DNA of 64,000 bases from positions 2,882,123 through 2,946,122 of the forward strand of contig MU053557.1 of NCBI GenBank assembly GCA_013239625.1. Direction: 5' to 3'. The translations under genes and the position numbers were made by a program. Within the stretch, counting starts at the first letter, position 1; the number at the start of each line of letters is the position of its first letter. This document shows positions 52,398-64,000 of this stretch, piece after piece. The DNA comes from Lama guanicoe. Taxonomy: Eukaryota. Under the pieces are notes generated by a model that did not search any database, was not told where the DNA came from, and saw only the letters and a list, made by a program, of their open reading frames with translations.

Positions 52398-55300
52398 GGG
52401 GGCCAAGATGGCGGAGTAGAAGGACACTCGCAGCTCACCCTCTCCCACGAATACACCCAGAGTGAGATCCATGGACCCACCCACCCACTCAGAACACCTA
52501 CTGAACTTTGACAGAACATCACCTTCCTCAAAAGACAAAATTCGCCACAAATCTGGTCAGAGAAAAGGAAAAAAGAAAGAAGAAGAAGGAAATTAGTGCG
52601 GGATAGGTCCCACAGGGAGGGACAGGCAAAGGAAGAATGGCGCTCCTGTGCTGGGTCTCCGCGTCTCTAACAGAGAGGCCAGCGAGCGGGACAGAGGGGG
52701 AGCCTCAGGTTCACATCTGTACGGAAGAGCCCTTTAGTGGCAGAACTAAGTTAAATGGGCACCAATGGTCCCTGCAACCCCCAGCCCTGGATGCAAACCG
52801 GCAGGGGTGGGATGGGACAGGCTGCCTGAGGGGGCGGAGGACTGGGCAGCTGCACTGAGACAGCCTCGGGGGACTGAGGTGGACTGTGCGCCGTGGCTGG
52901 GAGGGGATACAGAGCAGAACAGCCCCCATAAAGTACAAAAGAAAAAGCAAAGCAACACGGCTGGTGTGCCCTGGGCGGAGGGACGCCGTAGCCTTTGTCT
53001 CCTCAGACCCCCGGCGCCATTACTGGCGGGGCTCGGCACAGCCACCATGCTCTCTGGCATGCGGCTCCCAGGCGGGGGTGGGGTGGAAACCTGAACGCGT
53101 ACCTGGGGCTCCGCAACCTCACAGGCGGGACTGAGGTTTGTTGACAGCCCCAGGGAGAAGGGAATGTTCTGCCACGGTGCCTCTGTAAACTCTAGCCTCT
53201 AAGACAAACGAACCAGGAGCGGAGTTCTGCCACAGAGCAGGGGCGAGGGTTGGTGCGGCCATTTCCTCCGAGCCCGCCTGTGGAGCGCAGAGCCGCACTG
53301 AACACGGGAGGGGCGGAGGGACCCGCCCACCTATTGTGCACAAGCACAGCGCAGGGACGCAGCATAGGGAGGGGGCCCAACCTGCCTGCCTAGCAGCACT
53401 GGGAGCAGCACAGACTGGGGGCACAACCCAACGGCCTCTGGAACCAGCGAGCGGAGTTCACGCAGCAGGACAAGAGCAGGAACAGCAACAACCACAGAAC
53501 AAAAATGAGGCCCCGCTCAATGGCCAGGGCAGGCTCTGGCCACCATGACACTGGCCACACCCCCAACCAAAGGGGTAACAGACAAAAGACATGGAAGGAA
53601 AACTTCGCAACCACACATACTTAAAAAGACCTTTGGACAAAATTATTAAGAGCACAGTCTCCATGGGAACACATCCACATTTTTTTTCTTTTTTTCTTTT
53701 CTAATTTTTAATTTTTTAAAATGCTTTTAATCTTTTTTAAAAATGTTTATTAATTTTTAAAAAATTTGTCTCAATTTGATTTTTCTTTGTTTCGCTCTTC
53801 TGTTATTGATTATACTGTTTTCAAATCTTTTTTCTTTAAAATATTTTTTTTTTAGTTTTATTTCCACATCCGTGTTAGATAAACAAACAAACCCCTTCAG
53901 AACCACAGTAGATACTTATACTCCACAATCCATAGTGCCAGAGAGATATAAGTAAAATGAAGAAGCAGAGGAAAAACAAAAGGGAAAAAAATGACAGCAT
54001 GGAGACTAAACAACATGCTACTAAAAAACCAATGGGTCAATGATGAAATCAAAAAAGAAGTTAAAAATACTTTGAGACAAATGACAATGAAAACACAACC
54101 ACACAGAATCTATGGGATGCAGCAAAAGAAGTCCTAAGAGGGAGTTCATAGTGATACAGGCTTTGCTCAAAAAAGAACAATCTCAAATAAACAATCTAAT
54201 CTGTCAGCTAAAAGAATTAGGAAAAGAAGAGCAAACAAAACCAAAAGTCAGCAGAAGGAAGGAAATAATAAAGATCAGGAAGGAAATAAAATAGAGATTT
54301 AAAAAAAAAACAAAAAATCAACCATCCTTGTGTTCCTGGGATGAAGCCAACCTGATCACGGTGTATGATCTTTTTTATGTGCTGTTGGATTCTGTTTGTT
54401 AATATTTTGTTGAGGATTTTTGCATATATGTTCATCAGTGATATTGACCTATAATTTTCTTTATTGATAGTGTCTGCCTAGTTTTGATATCAGGGTGATG
54501 GTGGCTTTATTGAATGAGTTTGGCAGTACTTCCACCATTTCAATCTTCTAGAAGAGTTTGAGAAGGACTGGTATGAGATCTTCTTTGTATATTTGGCAGA
54601 ATTCCCCTGTGAAGCCATCCAGTCCTGGACTTTTGCTTGTAGGGAGATTTTTTTATTGCTAATTCTATTTCATTTCTAGTGATTGGTTTGTTCAAGTGAT
54701 CAATTTCTTCTTGATTCAGTCTTGGTGGACTGTATGTTTCCAGAAACTTGTCCATTTCTTCTAGGTTATCCATTTTGTTTCCATCTAGTTGTTCATGGTA
54801 TTCATATGATATTTTGTATTTCTGTGGTATTGGTGTGATTTCTCCATTTTCCTTTCGTATTTTGTTTGTTTCTGCTCTCTCTTTTCTCTTCTTGGTGAGC
54901 TTGGCCAGAGGTTTGTCAATTTTGTTTATTCTTTCAGAAAAACAGCTCTTGGTTTGATTGTTCAACACATGCAAATCAATCAATGTGATACACCACATCC
55001 ACAAAAGGGAGGACAAAAACTACATGATCATCTCAATAGATGCAGAAAAAGCATCTGATAAAATTCAGCACCCACTTATGATTTAAAAAACCCTTATCAA
55101 AGTGGGTATAGAGGGAACATATCTCCACATAATAAAAGCTATTTATGACAAACCTACAGCCAGCATAGTACTCAATGGTGAAAAACTGAAACTCTTCCCA
55201 CTGAAATCTGGGACAAGACAAAGTTGTCCACTCTGACCATTTCTATTCAACATAGTCTTGGAAGTCCTAGCCACAGCAATCAGGCAAGAAAAAGAAACAA

Positions 55301-57484
55301 AAGGGATCCAAATTGGAAAAGAGGTAAAATTGTCACTATATGCAGATGACGTGATACTATATATAGAAAATTCTAAAATCTCCACATGAAAACTACTAGA
55401 ACTAATAAAAGAATTCAGCAAGGTAGCAGGATACAAGATTAATGTACAAAAATCAGTTGCATTTCTTTACACTAATGATGAATCAACAGGGAAAGAAAGT
55501 AAAGAAACAATCCCTTTTAAAATAGCACCCAAAGTAATAAAATACCTAGGAATAAATCTAGCCAAGCAGGTGAAAGACTTATACATGGAGAACTACAAAA
55601 CACTGATTAAGGAAATTAAAGAAGACTTCAAGAAATGAAAAGATATCCCATGCTCTTGGATTGGAAGAATCAATATTGTTAAAATGGTCATACTGCCCAA
55701 GGCAATCTACAGATTTAATGCAATCCCTATCAAATTACCAGGACATTTTTCACAGAATAAGAACAAGTCACATCAAAATTTATATGGAATCACAAAAGAC
55801 CCAGAATTGCCAAAGCAATACTGAAGAAAAAGAATGAAGCTGGAGGAGTAACCCTCCCAGACTTCACACAATACTACAGAGCCACACACAGAGGAAAAAA
55901 AATGTGACAATGAGTATGTATATGTTCATGTATAACTGAAAAATTGTGCTCTACACTGGAATTTGACACAACATTGTAAAATGATTATAAATCAATAAAA
56001 AATGTTTAAAAATACTACAGAGCTACAATAATCAAAACAGCTTGGTATTGGTACAAAAATAGACATATGGATCAATGGAACAGAATAGAGAGCCCAGAAA
56101 TGAACCCACAAACTTTTGGTCAATTAATCTTTGACAAAGGAGGCAAGAACATGCAATGGAATAAAGACAGTCTCTTCAGCAATTGGTACTGGGAAAACTA
56201 GACAGCTGCATGTAAATCAATGAAGTTGGAACACTCCCTCATACCATACACAAAAATAAACTTAAAATGGCTTAAAGACTTAAACATAAGACAAGATACA
56301 ATAAACCTCCTAGAAGAAAATATAGGCAAAACATTATCTCATATACATCTCAGCAATGTTCTCCTAGGGCAGTCTACCCAAGCAATAGAAATAAAAGCAA
56401 AAAAAACAAATGGGAACTAATTAAACTTAAAAAGCTTTTGCACAGCAAAGGAAACCATAAGCAAAACAAAACAACAACCTACAGAACAGGAGAAAATATT
56501 TGCAGAAGATGAGACTGAGAAGGGCTTGACTTCCAGAATATATAAACAGCTCATACAACTTAAAAAAAAAATACCCAACCCAAAAATGGACAGAAGACCT
56601 AAACAAGCAATTATCCAATGAAGACATACAAATGACCAATAGAGACATGAAAAAATGCTCAATATCACTAAATATCAGAGAAATGCAAATCGAAACTACA
56701 ATGAGGTATCACCCACCTCACACCAGTCAGAATGGCCATCATTCAAAAGTCCACAAATGATAAATGCTGGAGAGGCTGTGGAGAAAAGGGAACCCTCCTA
56801 CACTGTTAGTGGGAATGCAGTTTGGTGGAAAACAGTATGGAGATTCCTCAAAAGACTAAAAACAGACTTACCACATGATCCAGCAATCCCACTTTGGGGC
56901 ATATATCCAGAGGAAACCTTAGTTCAGAAAGACACCTGTACCCCAATGTTCATAGCAGCACTATCTACAATAGCCAATACATGGAAACAACCTAAATGTC
57001 CATTGAGGATGACTGGATAAAGAAGCTGTGGTATATTTATACAACAGAATACTACTCAGCAATAAAAATGATAAAATAACGCCATTTGCAGCAACATGCA
57101 TGGCCCTGGAGAATGGCATTCTAAGTGAAGTAAACGAAAAAGAGAAAGACAAGTACTATATGATATCACTTATATATGGAATTGAAAAAAAAGAAAAATG
57201 AACTTATTTACAAAACAGAAATAGACTCACAAACATAGAAAACAAACTTATGGTTACCAGTGAGGAAGAGGGTAGGAAGGGATAAAATGGGAATTCAAGA
57301 TTTGCAGATACTGACTAATATATATAAAATAGATAAACAAGTTTATACTGTGTAACACCGGGAACTGTATTCAATATCTTGTAGTAGCTTACAGTGAAAA
57401 AGAACATGAAAATGAATATATGTATGTTTCTGTATGACTGACGCATTGTGCTGTACACCAGAAATTAACACAACATTGTAAACT
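52398..57484 (+). mobile_element. Rearranged L1 with 5' UTR retained: ORF1/endonuclease deletion, internal inversion and nested insertion; non-functional
   Basis: 5' end gggggccaagatggcgg (YY1 motif) and CpG-rich UTR. ORF1-like start ATGAAGAAGCAGAGG at 53957 joins directly to ORF2 (WRLNNMLL region). 54322-54960 is inverted. RT motif YADD (tatgcagatgac) near 55339. Frameshifts and stops are present; 3' UTR runs to about 57484 with no clear poly(A). Confidence 0.93.
55883..56010 (+). mobile_element. 128-bp L1 3' terminus nested in ORF2 of the larger L1
   Basis: Exact 13-bp TSD aatactacagagc (55870-55882, 56011-56023). The sequence resembles 47101-47227. Confidence 0.9.
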
Positions 57485-59419
57485 ATTCCTCCACACACAT
57501 ACACACACACACACAGAACTAAGTAGCATTGTCAGCAACAGACTTCTCCTGAGCTCCTACATGAAATCCCTCATTCACTCAGCCACTTGAGAGGAGAGCT
57601 GTCACCCATCTGTTTTTCTCACTGTTGTGGACAGCATGTTTTATGAAAGTAGCTTAGGGTCATCATTAGAAGCATTCACTTTGCAGTTAGATGTGATTTG
57701 GAGTTGGGTTCAGACCTGAGACAAGTTCCCAAACATGAGGAGTCTGTTTTCCCATTTAAAAATGGCAATAATAATTATAGTACCCATCTCTGAGAGTTGT
57801 GGATATTGAAAATGCTGAGCACAGTCAAGCAACTTCAACATGATGATCAGCAAAGAATCTAAAATGTTCAATAATATTAAAAAAGAAATTTTCTTTTTTA
57901 ACTAGTTAACTCTTTTAACTAGCTGAGAAATTTTCAGTTAGTTGCTATGAAGTAGGCACTGTGCTAAGCATTCCACTTAGACTATTCCATTCTCACACAA
58001 GTCTATGAGGAGGGTACCATCATACCCCCATTGTACAGGCAAAGAAACCGAGACTCAGGAAGTTTTGATTCCTTATCCAAGGTCACACCTAGGACACGTG
58101 GCAGAGCTGGGACTTCCACCCAGGATGTCTGAATTTCAAGATTCCCAGTGTGCCCAAGTCAGCCTGCCCATGAAATCGCAACACTCCCAGTGTCCCAAGG
58201 TCAGCCTGTCTATTTAATAGTTAGGGCCCTTCGTCCCAGAGAGGCTACACCACTTGAACTAGTGCCTTGTTTGAAAGGCTGAGCTGGAGTACAGTTTTAG
58301 ATATCAATTATTAAAGTAACTGTGTCTCCTCTAAGGCTACACAGGGTGAAAACTTCCCAATAAAACTAACATCTGGAAGGCAGCATTTACTAGTGCATCA
58401 AGGCCATATGCACAGACTGGTTGCTAATTCTTTCTGGTGCTTCTAGCTCTGGCCTTGGGTTTCAGCATCAGACATTCTTTGATGAATTCTTAATGTTCCT
58501 TGTGAGTTGTCACGGACCCTCCCTAAACTGCCAATTCTGCTGTTGAATCTGGGACTGCATCTCTTAGGGAACTTCAGCTACAGGGTTTTATCAGCATGTT
58601 TATCATCATGTTTCCTAGAGCCAGTTTCCAAGTAGAGGGAGTTTGCGCTGTAAAACGAGTTGGAGGGAATGCCTCCCCTTATATCTATAGGTAGGCCTGT
58701 CTTCCTGATTTTTGTCCTAGTGTTGTTCCTATATCACTACTTAGGACTCCAGGTGTCGACACTGCACCAATGACCACAAAATATGTACTTTAAAATAAGA
58801 AGACACTTACAACTCTGAAATACACACACATACACACACACACACACACACTCAGGAAGAAGTAAATATGGGTCTTTGCATAGGGATTCATATTACTTCA
58901 GGAAATTTTAGCTGTAGAGGGAAGCTTGCTAATTGTAAATCAACTTATTTCACACTTTCAAAGACCAAATCAAAGAGAATTACTAACTTGCTGAGAGTCA
59001 TAGATCAGAGGATCATGTGACCAATTCAATGTCAGTGACATTTCCAATCATCACCCATAGATGTGGTTGCCCAGGCCCGTGAGATCAGTTGATGAGTATG
59101 AGAGGTCAAGGTAGCCAATGTTACTATCAGTTTTCTCATTCAGGGCAGTCTTTGATTGGACCCAGTTTCTGTCTTCCACCAAGATCATTGCCAAATGATG
59201 GCATTAGTGATGTAAAGAGAGTTTGGATCATGCCATCTCTATCCTAAAAGAGCTAAACAGCAGCTGAAAACACTAATGCCTTGATGAGTTAGGTTGAGAA
59301 AGGCTGGGTTGGTTGTAAGATACTCACTGGAATTCATACATGACGTGAGTCGGTGATTACTCAGAAATGATGGGGATGGTGAAGCCTGGAGGACTCAACC
59401 CTTGTGTGAAGGGGGCTCC

Positions 59420-59640
59420 AGCTGAGAGCTGCCATGGAGGTTTTCAGCCCAATGTTATTGGATTGGCTGAGTTTTTGTTTGTTTTTCAGAAGGAGTCAGA
59501 GATCTGGACTATTATGTGAAAACTCCCAATTTGTTAAATGCTGTCAATCAATCCAAAGTGTGGTTGACCCAACATGGGGCAAACACATCACATCAGCATG
59601 CTGAACATGATCTTTGTGCCACCAATTTGCAAACTTCTGG
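59420..59640 (+). mobile_element. MER102-like hAT element
   Basis: cagagatctggactattatgtgaaaactcccaatt...gccaccaatttgcaaacttctg. Confidence 0.6.
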
Positions 59641-60016
59641 CTAGAATATTTGAAATGAACAATGCCTTAGATAATATTTGGTCCATTCTTTCCATTTGAT
59701 AGATTAGGAAGCAAGGCCCCAAGAAGGGAGAGAACTCACAACACAGTAAAGTTATTTTAGTTGCAGACCTAGGACTCCGAGATGACCATTTTATTTCTGA
59801 TACTAGATATTCTTTTACCACCAGGCTACCTCTCATGGTGATGGTTTGGTGAGATATCTGTCTGAATTTAATGAAAGATCTTTACGGAAGTGGATTTAAC
59901 TGCTAAAGTGGATGACTGAGAGAATTAGGTTGACATGGGTGAGAAAGGAAAATGTATTTCTCTTAAATTGCATGCCTTAACCACTTTCCTAAACCCTGGT
60001 GCCAAATGATGCTCCA

Positions 60017-60030
60017 GTTGCTATGGTAAC
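60017..60030. promoter_or_regulatory. RFX X-box motif
   Basis: GTTGCTATGGTAAC, a near-palindromic match to GTTGCCATGGCAAC, in unique sequence. Confidence 0.55.
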
Positions 60031-61732
60031 TTTGTCAATAAGCAACATCCGCTATGAGGAAGCTGGTGCAGATCCAGTATCTAAACATCCCCAAAGATGC
60101 TCATTCCTTTCTCCTCACAACTGTGGCTCAGGAAGGTCATGGGTCTCACTCACTGGAAGGCCAGGAGGTCAGCCCACTGCTGGTACAACTTGTCTTCTTT
60201 CTAGGGTCATGTAATAGCTAATTTCTGAATTTGGTCAGCCCTTGGAGAGCATTTGGTCTAACTGCCTCACTTAAAAGCAGCAGACACTGAGGCCCAGAGT
60301 GGGCACAGCCACACAGTGAGTTCACAGTAGAATCAGAGCCAGATCCCAGAGCTCTTCCTGCGCCGCCCCAGCAGGGCCCTTCAGAGCCGAGGCCAGCCTT
60401 TGTGCTGTCTCTTCTGTGCCAGCTCGGCTGCGTGACTACAATGAACAGAGGGTGTGACATGCAGCAAATAAAGCTCCTTATTGATTGAGAGGCCACTGTA
60501 AAGATTTGTTTTCATGGACTTGGCATCAGCGGCCTGCTTCTTTCTGCGGAGAGAGACAGACAGAGACAAGAGAGGGAGATGATCCTTGCCCAGAGAATTT
60601 CCCTCAGAGAGGAATCTATTTTGAAACTGGCCAGGACCCAGGCCCTAGATGTGTATTCAACTACACGGACAGAGCCTACAGCTGTGCAGCCCTCTCTGAG
60701 TGTGTTGTCAGGAGGCTACCAGGGTGACTTAAGAAAGGCACTCAGTGTGAGTGGGTATCTCCCTCACACACCAACCACAACTTGGTGGAAAAACCTTTCT
60801 ACCTACAGTACAGATCTCAAGGATATACTCGGTTGCTTTAGAGACAGTTAACAACAAGGGGACTCCAAACTTAAATAGCAGAGAGGCTTTTATTTTTCAC
60901 TTGCTACCTCCACACCTTACATATAGCTCCATGTCCGCCCACTGCTGCTGTGTTTAGTAAAGCTAGGTCCCTTCAATGTCCCCAACCTGCCAGTGAGCCC
61001 ATGAAGAACAGGAACAGTGAAGGTAAATACGTCCGATGTTTGACTTCAACTTTTCCCTTCCTGCAGCAACCAGTAGAGATATCACAGTGAAACCATCATT
61101 GCGTTGATTTTGCCGGGTGTAATTCACTGAATGATTTCAATTGACAATCAAGCAAATGTATACTTGGTGAAACTGACTGTCAAAATAGTCCATCTGGTGG
61201 GAGAGAAGGAAAGGAGGTGGAAGAGAGTGGCTACACTGGACTGATTATTAAGAAGGCAGAATCTACAGGGACTCGAGGTGATCTGCAGTGCGAAAGAGGA
61301 AGGGAAGAGGGGGAGAAATCCTGGTCTATTGGTGACAGCCTGGAGGTACTCATTCTTTATTGTTCATTGGATCCTACATCCTAAGAATTTATTTGCTGAA
61401 CAAAGGAAAGACATTTTTACACTCCCCAAGAAGGAAAGTGCCTGAATGGAAATCCCACTCCCTTCTACTAATCAAAGGAAACGGAGATGCCTAACATCCT
61501 TAAAAAGATAGATGTAAATATTTGTGTTAGGTACTGAGAAAATGAGAATACAGTTCTTTCTTCCCGATTGCATCCTAGCATGCCATTCAGGAATAGGATT
61601 AAAAAATAGCATAGATCAAAGCATTAGATTTTGCTCATCTGCTATCTATATACAATTATTATTTTGTAATAGTTTTATAGTATTTAATAGGCTTTAATAG
61701 ATGGTTACTGTAGCCCTTTCTACTCTCTTTTT

Positions 61733-64000
61733 AAAAAGCTTTTGGAGGTATACTTGACTTAATAAACAGGATATATTTAGAGTATAGAATTTGATAAGTT
61801 GTGACATGTATACACCTTAAAATATCACTTTAATCAATATAATAATCTTAGCCAACACCCCCCAAATATTTCTCCTGCTTCCCTGTAACCATTTTTTCCA
61901 GCTCTTGCTTCCCACACCCCCCATCTCAGGCACCTCTGATCGGCTCACTGTCACTATTCATTAGTTTGTATTTTCTATAATCTTGTATAAATGCAACCCT
62001 ATGGTACATACTCTTTTTTTTTTCTGGCTTCCTTCACTCAACATAATTATTTTGAGATTAATCCATGTCTTTGTGTGTATCAATAGTCCATTCCTTTTTA
62101 TTGCTGACTAGCATTCCATTACATGGATATACTACAGTTTGTTTTCCATTACTGGAATTTGTGTTGTTTCCAATTTTTTGTTATTACAAATAAAGCTGCT
62201 AGAAACAATCGTGTGCACGTATTTGCATGTGCTTTTGTTTCTCTTGGGTAAATGCGTAGGAATGGAATAGTTCATTATTATGGTAAGTGTATTGGTAATA
62301 TTGTTAAGAAATGCCAATCTAAAGCGATTTTTTCCTAAAGTGATTGCCATCACCCACATGACCCAGAGTTCTAGCCCTTCCACATCCTCATCAGCCCACT
62401 GTAGAGGCAGATGTTTTAATTTTCGGCAGTCTACTGGGAATACAGTGGCATACTGTGTTTTAAATATGCATTTTCCTAAATAAGTATCTTTTCCTGTGCT
62501 TATTTGTAATCTATATCTTATTTTTCTCACCTTGTTCCACTGGCTAAAACCTCTTATAAAAATTTTAACAGAAGCAGTGAAATTAGACATGCTTGTCTTG
62601 TTCCTAAACTTAGGGGAAAACCTTTCAGTTTTTCACCATTTAGTATGATGTTAACTGTAGATTTTTCATTAATGGGTTTATCTGTTAAGGTTAAGGAAGT
62701 TTCATTCTATTTCTAGTTTGCTGAGAGGTTGTATCAGGAATGTTTGTTAAATGTTGTCAAGCGTTTTTTTTTTCTGCATCTACTAGGTGATCCATTTTTT
62801 CTTTCAATATTTTATTTATGTGGTGAATTACACTAATTGATTTCTTTAATGTTAAAGTAATCTTGCATTTGATTGTGGTGCATTATCTTTCTGTATATTT
62901 TTAGATGTTAATTGCAAAAATTGTGTTTATAACTTTTGCATTTATACTCATGAGAGAAATTTGTATCAGGGACTACTGACCTCATTAGAATGAGTTGGGA
63001 ATTAATTATTCACTCCTCTTCAATTTTCTGGAAAAGTGTTGCAGAACTTACCAGTAAGCCATCTGGGCTTGATGTTTTCTGTGGTTTTTAATTACAAATT
63101 CAATTTCTTTAGTAGATACAGTGTTAACCAGGTTATCTATTTTTTTCTTGAGTGGCTTTGGTGTCCTTTCATGGAATTTTTCTATTTCATCTCAGTTGTC
63201 AAATTTATTGGCATAATGTTGTTCACAATATTCTCTTATTATCCTTTTAATATCTGAAGAATCTGTAGAGGTGTACCTCTTTTATTCCTGATGATATTTT
63301 GCATCTTCTGGTTGTTGGGGTTTTTTCCCCCCGATCAATCTGGCTAGATCTTCCCCCAAAACAAGATTTTGGTGTTACTGACCTTCTGTATTATTTTTCT
63401 GTTCTATTTCATTGAGTTTTATCTTTGATCTTCATTATTTCCTTTTTTTCTGCTTACTTTGGATTTCATTTTCTTCTTTGGTTTTTTGAAGTGAAAGCTG
63501 AAGTCATTGATTTGGGACTCTTTTTCTTAATATAGCTGTCTAGTGCTATAGATTTTCTTATAAGTACTGCTTTTGTGGCATCCCACAAATTTTGATATGT
63601 TGTGTTTTCATTTCAAAATAATTTGATTTCCTTTTTAATTTTTTGACCTTTGACTTGTTTAGGTTTGTACTATTCAGCTTTGAAATACTGAAGGAATTTT
63701 CCAGAGATCTTTTCATATTGATTTCTAATTTAATTCCATTGTTGTCAAACATAACATTCTTTGTTTGATTTAAATCCTTTTAATTTTATTGAGATTGATT
63801 TTACAGCCAAGATTATAGCCTAACTTGCTAAATGTTCTAGGTGCACTGAAAAAGAAGGTATTTTCTGCTGCTGTTGAGTGGAATGTTCTATAAATGTCAA
63901 TTAAGTCAAGTTGGCTTATTGTGCTGCTTAAGTCTTCTGTATCATTACTGATTTTCTGCTCTATCAGTTACTGAGAGAAATTGAAATCTCCACATATAAT
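61733..64000 (-). mobile_element. Old L1 (L1MB/MC-like) 3' UTR and ORF2 fragments, continuing past the window edge
   Basis: Antisense motifs ctggcttccttcactcaacataatt, cttgtcttgttcctaaacttaggggaaaa and tagaatgagttggga; minus-strand peptide DNNGIKLEIN. Confidence 0.85.

Noticed and set aside
52637..53664. Cluster of overlapping GC-rich ORFs resembling a CpG-island gene
   Set aside because: Lies in the L1 5' UTR; high GC content explains the lack of stops.
57878..57945. AT-rich short palindromes (also 23572-23591)
   Set aside because: Low complexity and short stems expected by chance.
1..64000. SCA12 CAG repeat, Bbeta1 exon, WD40 exons, CRISPR arrays or prokaryotic operons
   Set aside because: None seen. 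The sequence is eukaryotic and the remaining PPP2R2B exons should lie downstream, beyond position 1.

Overview
Mammalian, repeat-rich, mostly intronic DNA, probably from a camelid (inferred from the short tRNA-derived SINE type and young L1 3' ends). The window holds the 5' end of PPP2R2B (PP2A regulatory subunit B55-beta) on the minus strand. It contains a distal 10-nt coding exon end (MIP-G), a 78-nt exon (GLGALTQDTLWCFSQVKGTIEIGATE) and, about 22.5 kb downstream, the Bbeta2 exon with the mitochondrial-targeting N-terminus (MKCFSRYLPYIFRPPNTILSSSCHTE). The shared WD40 exons, the Bbeta1 exon and the SCA12 CAG repeat were not found and presumably lie beyond position 1. Most of the remainder is L1, L2, MIR, LTR and hAT relics, several with readable target-site duplications (TSDs). 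Main points of interest: (i) the two alternative N-terminal exons look paralogous, and each carries a second open ATG-initiated frame with a shared LQxSExH...HG motif; (ii) a rearranged L1 with an intact CpG-rich promoter sits head-to-head about 0.9 kb from the distal start codon; (iii) a sense-oriented solo LTR, an RFX X-box and an RE1-like site; (iv) an isolated 71-nt hairpin. I see no evidence for a wholly new multi-gene system. Protein and repeat-family identifications are from memory, not database searches, and boundaries of old repeats are approximate.
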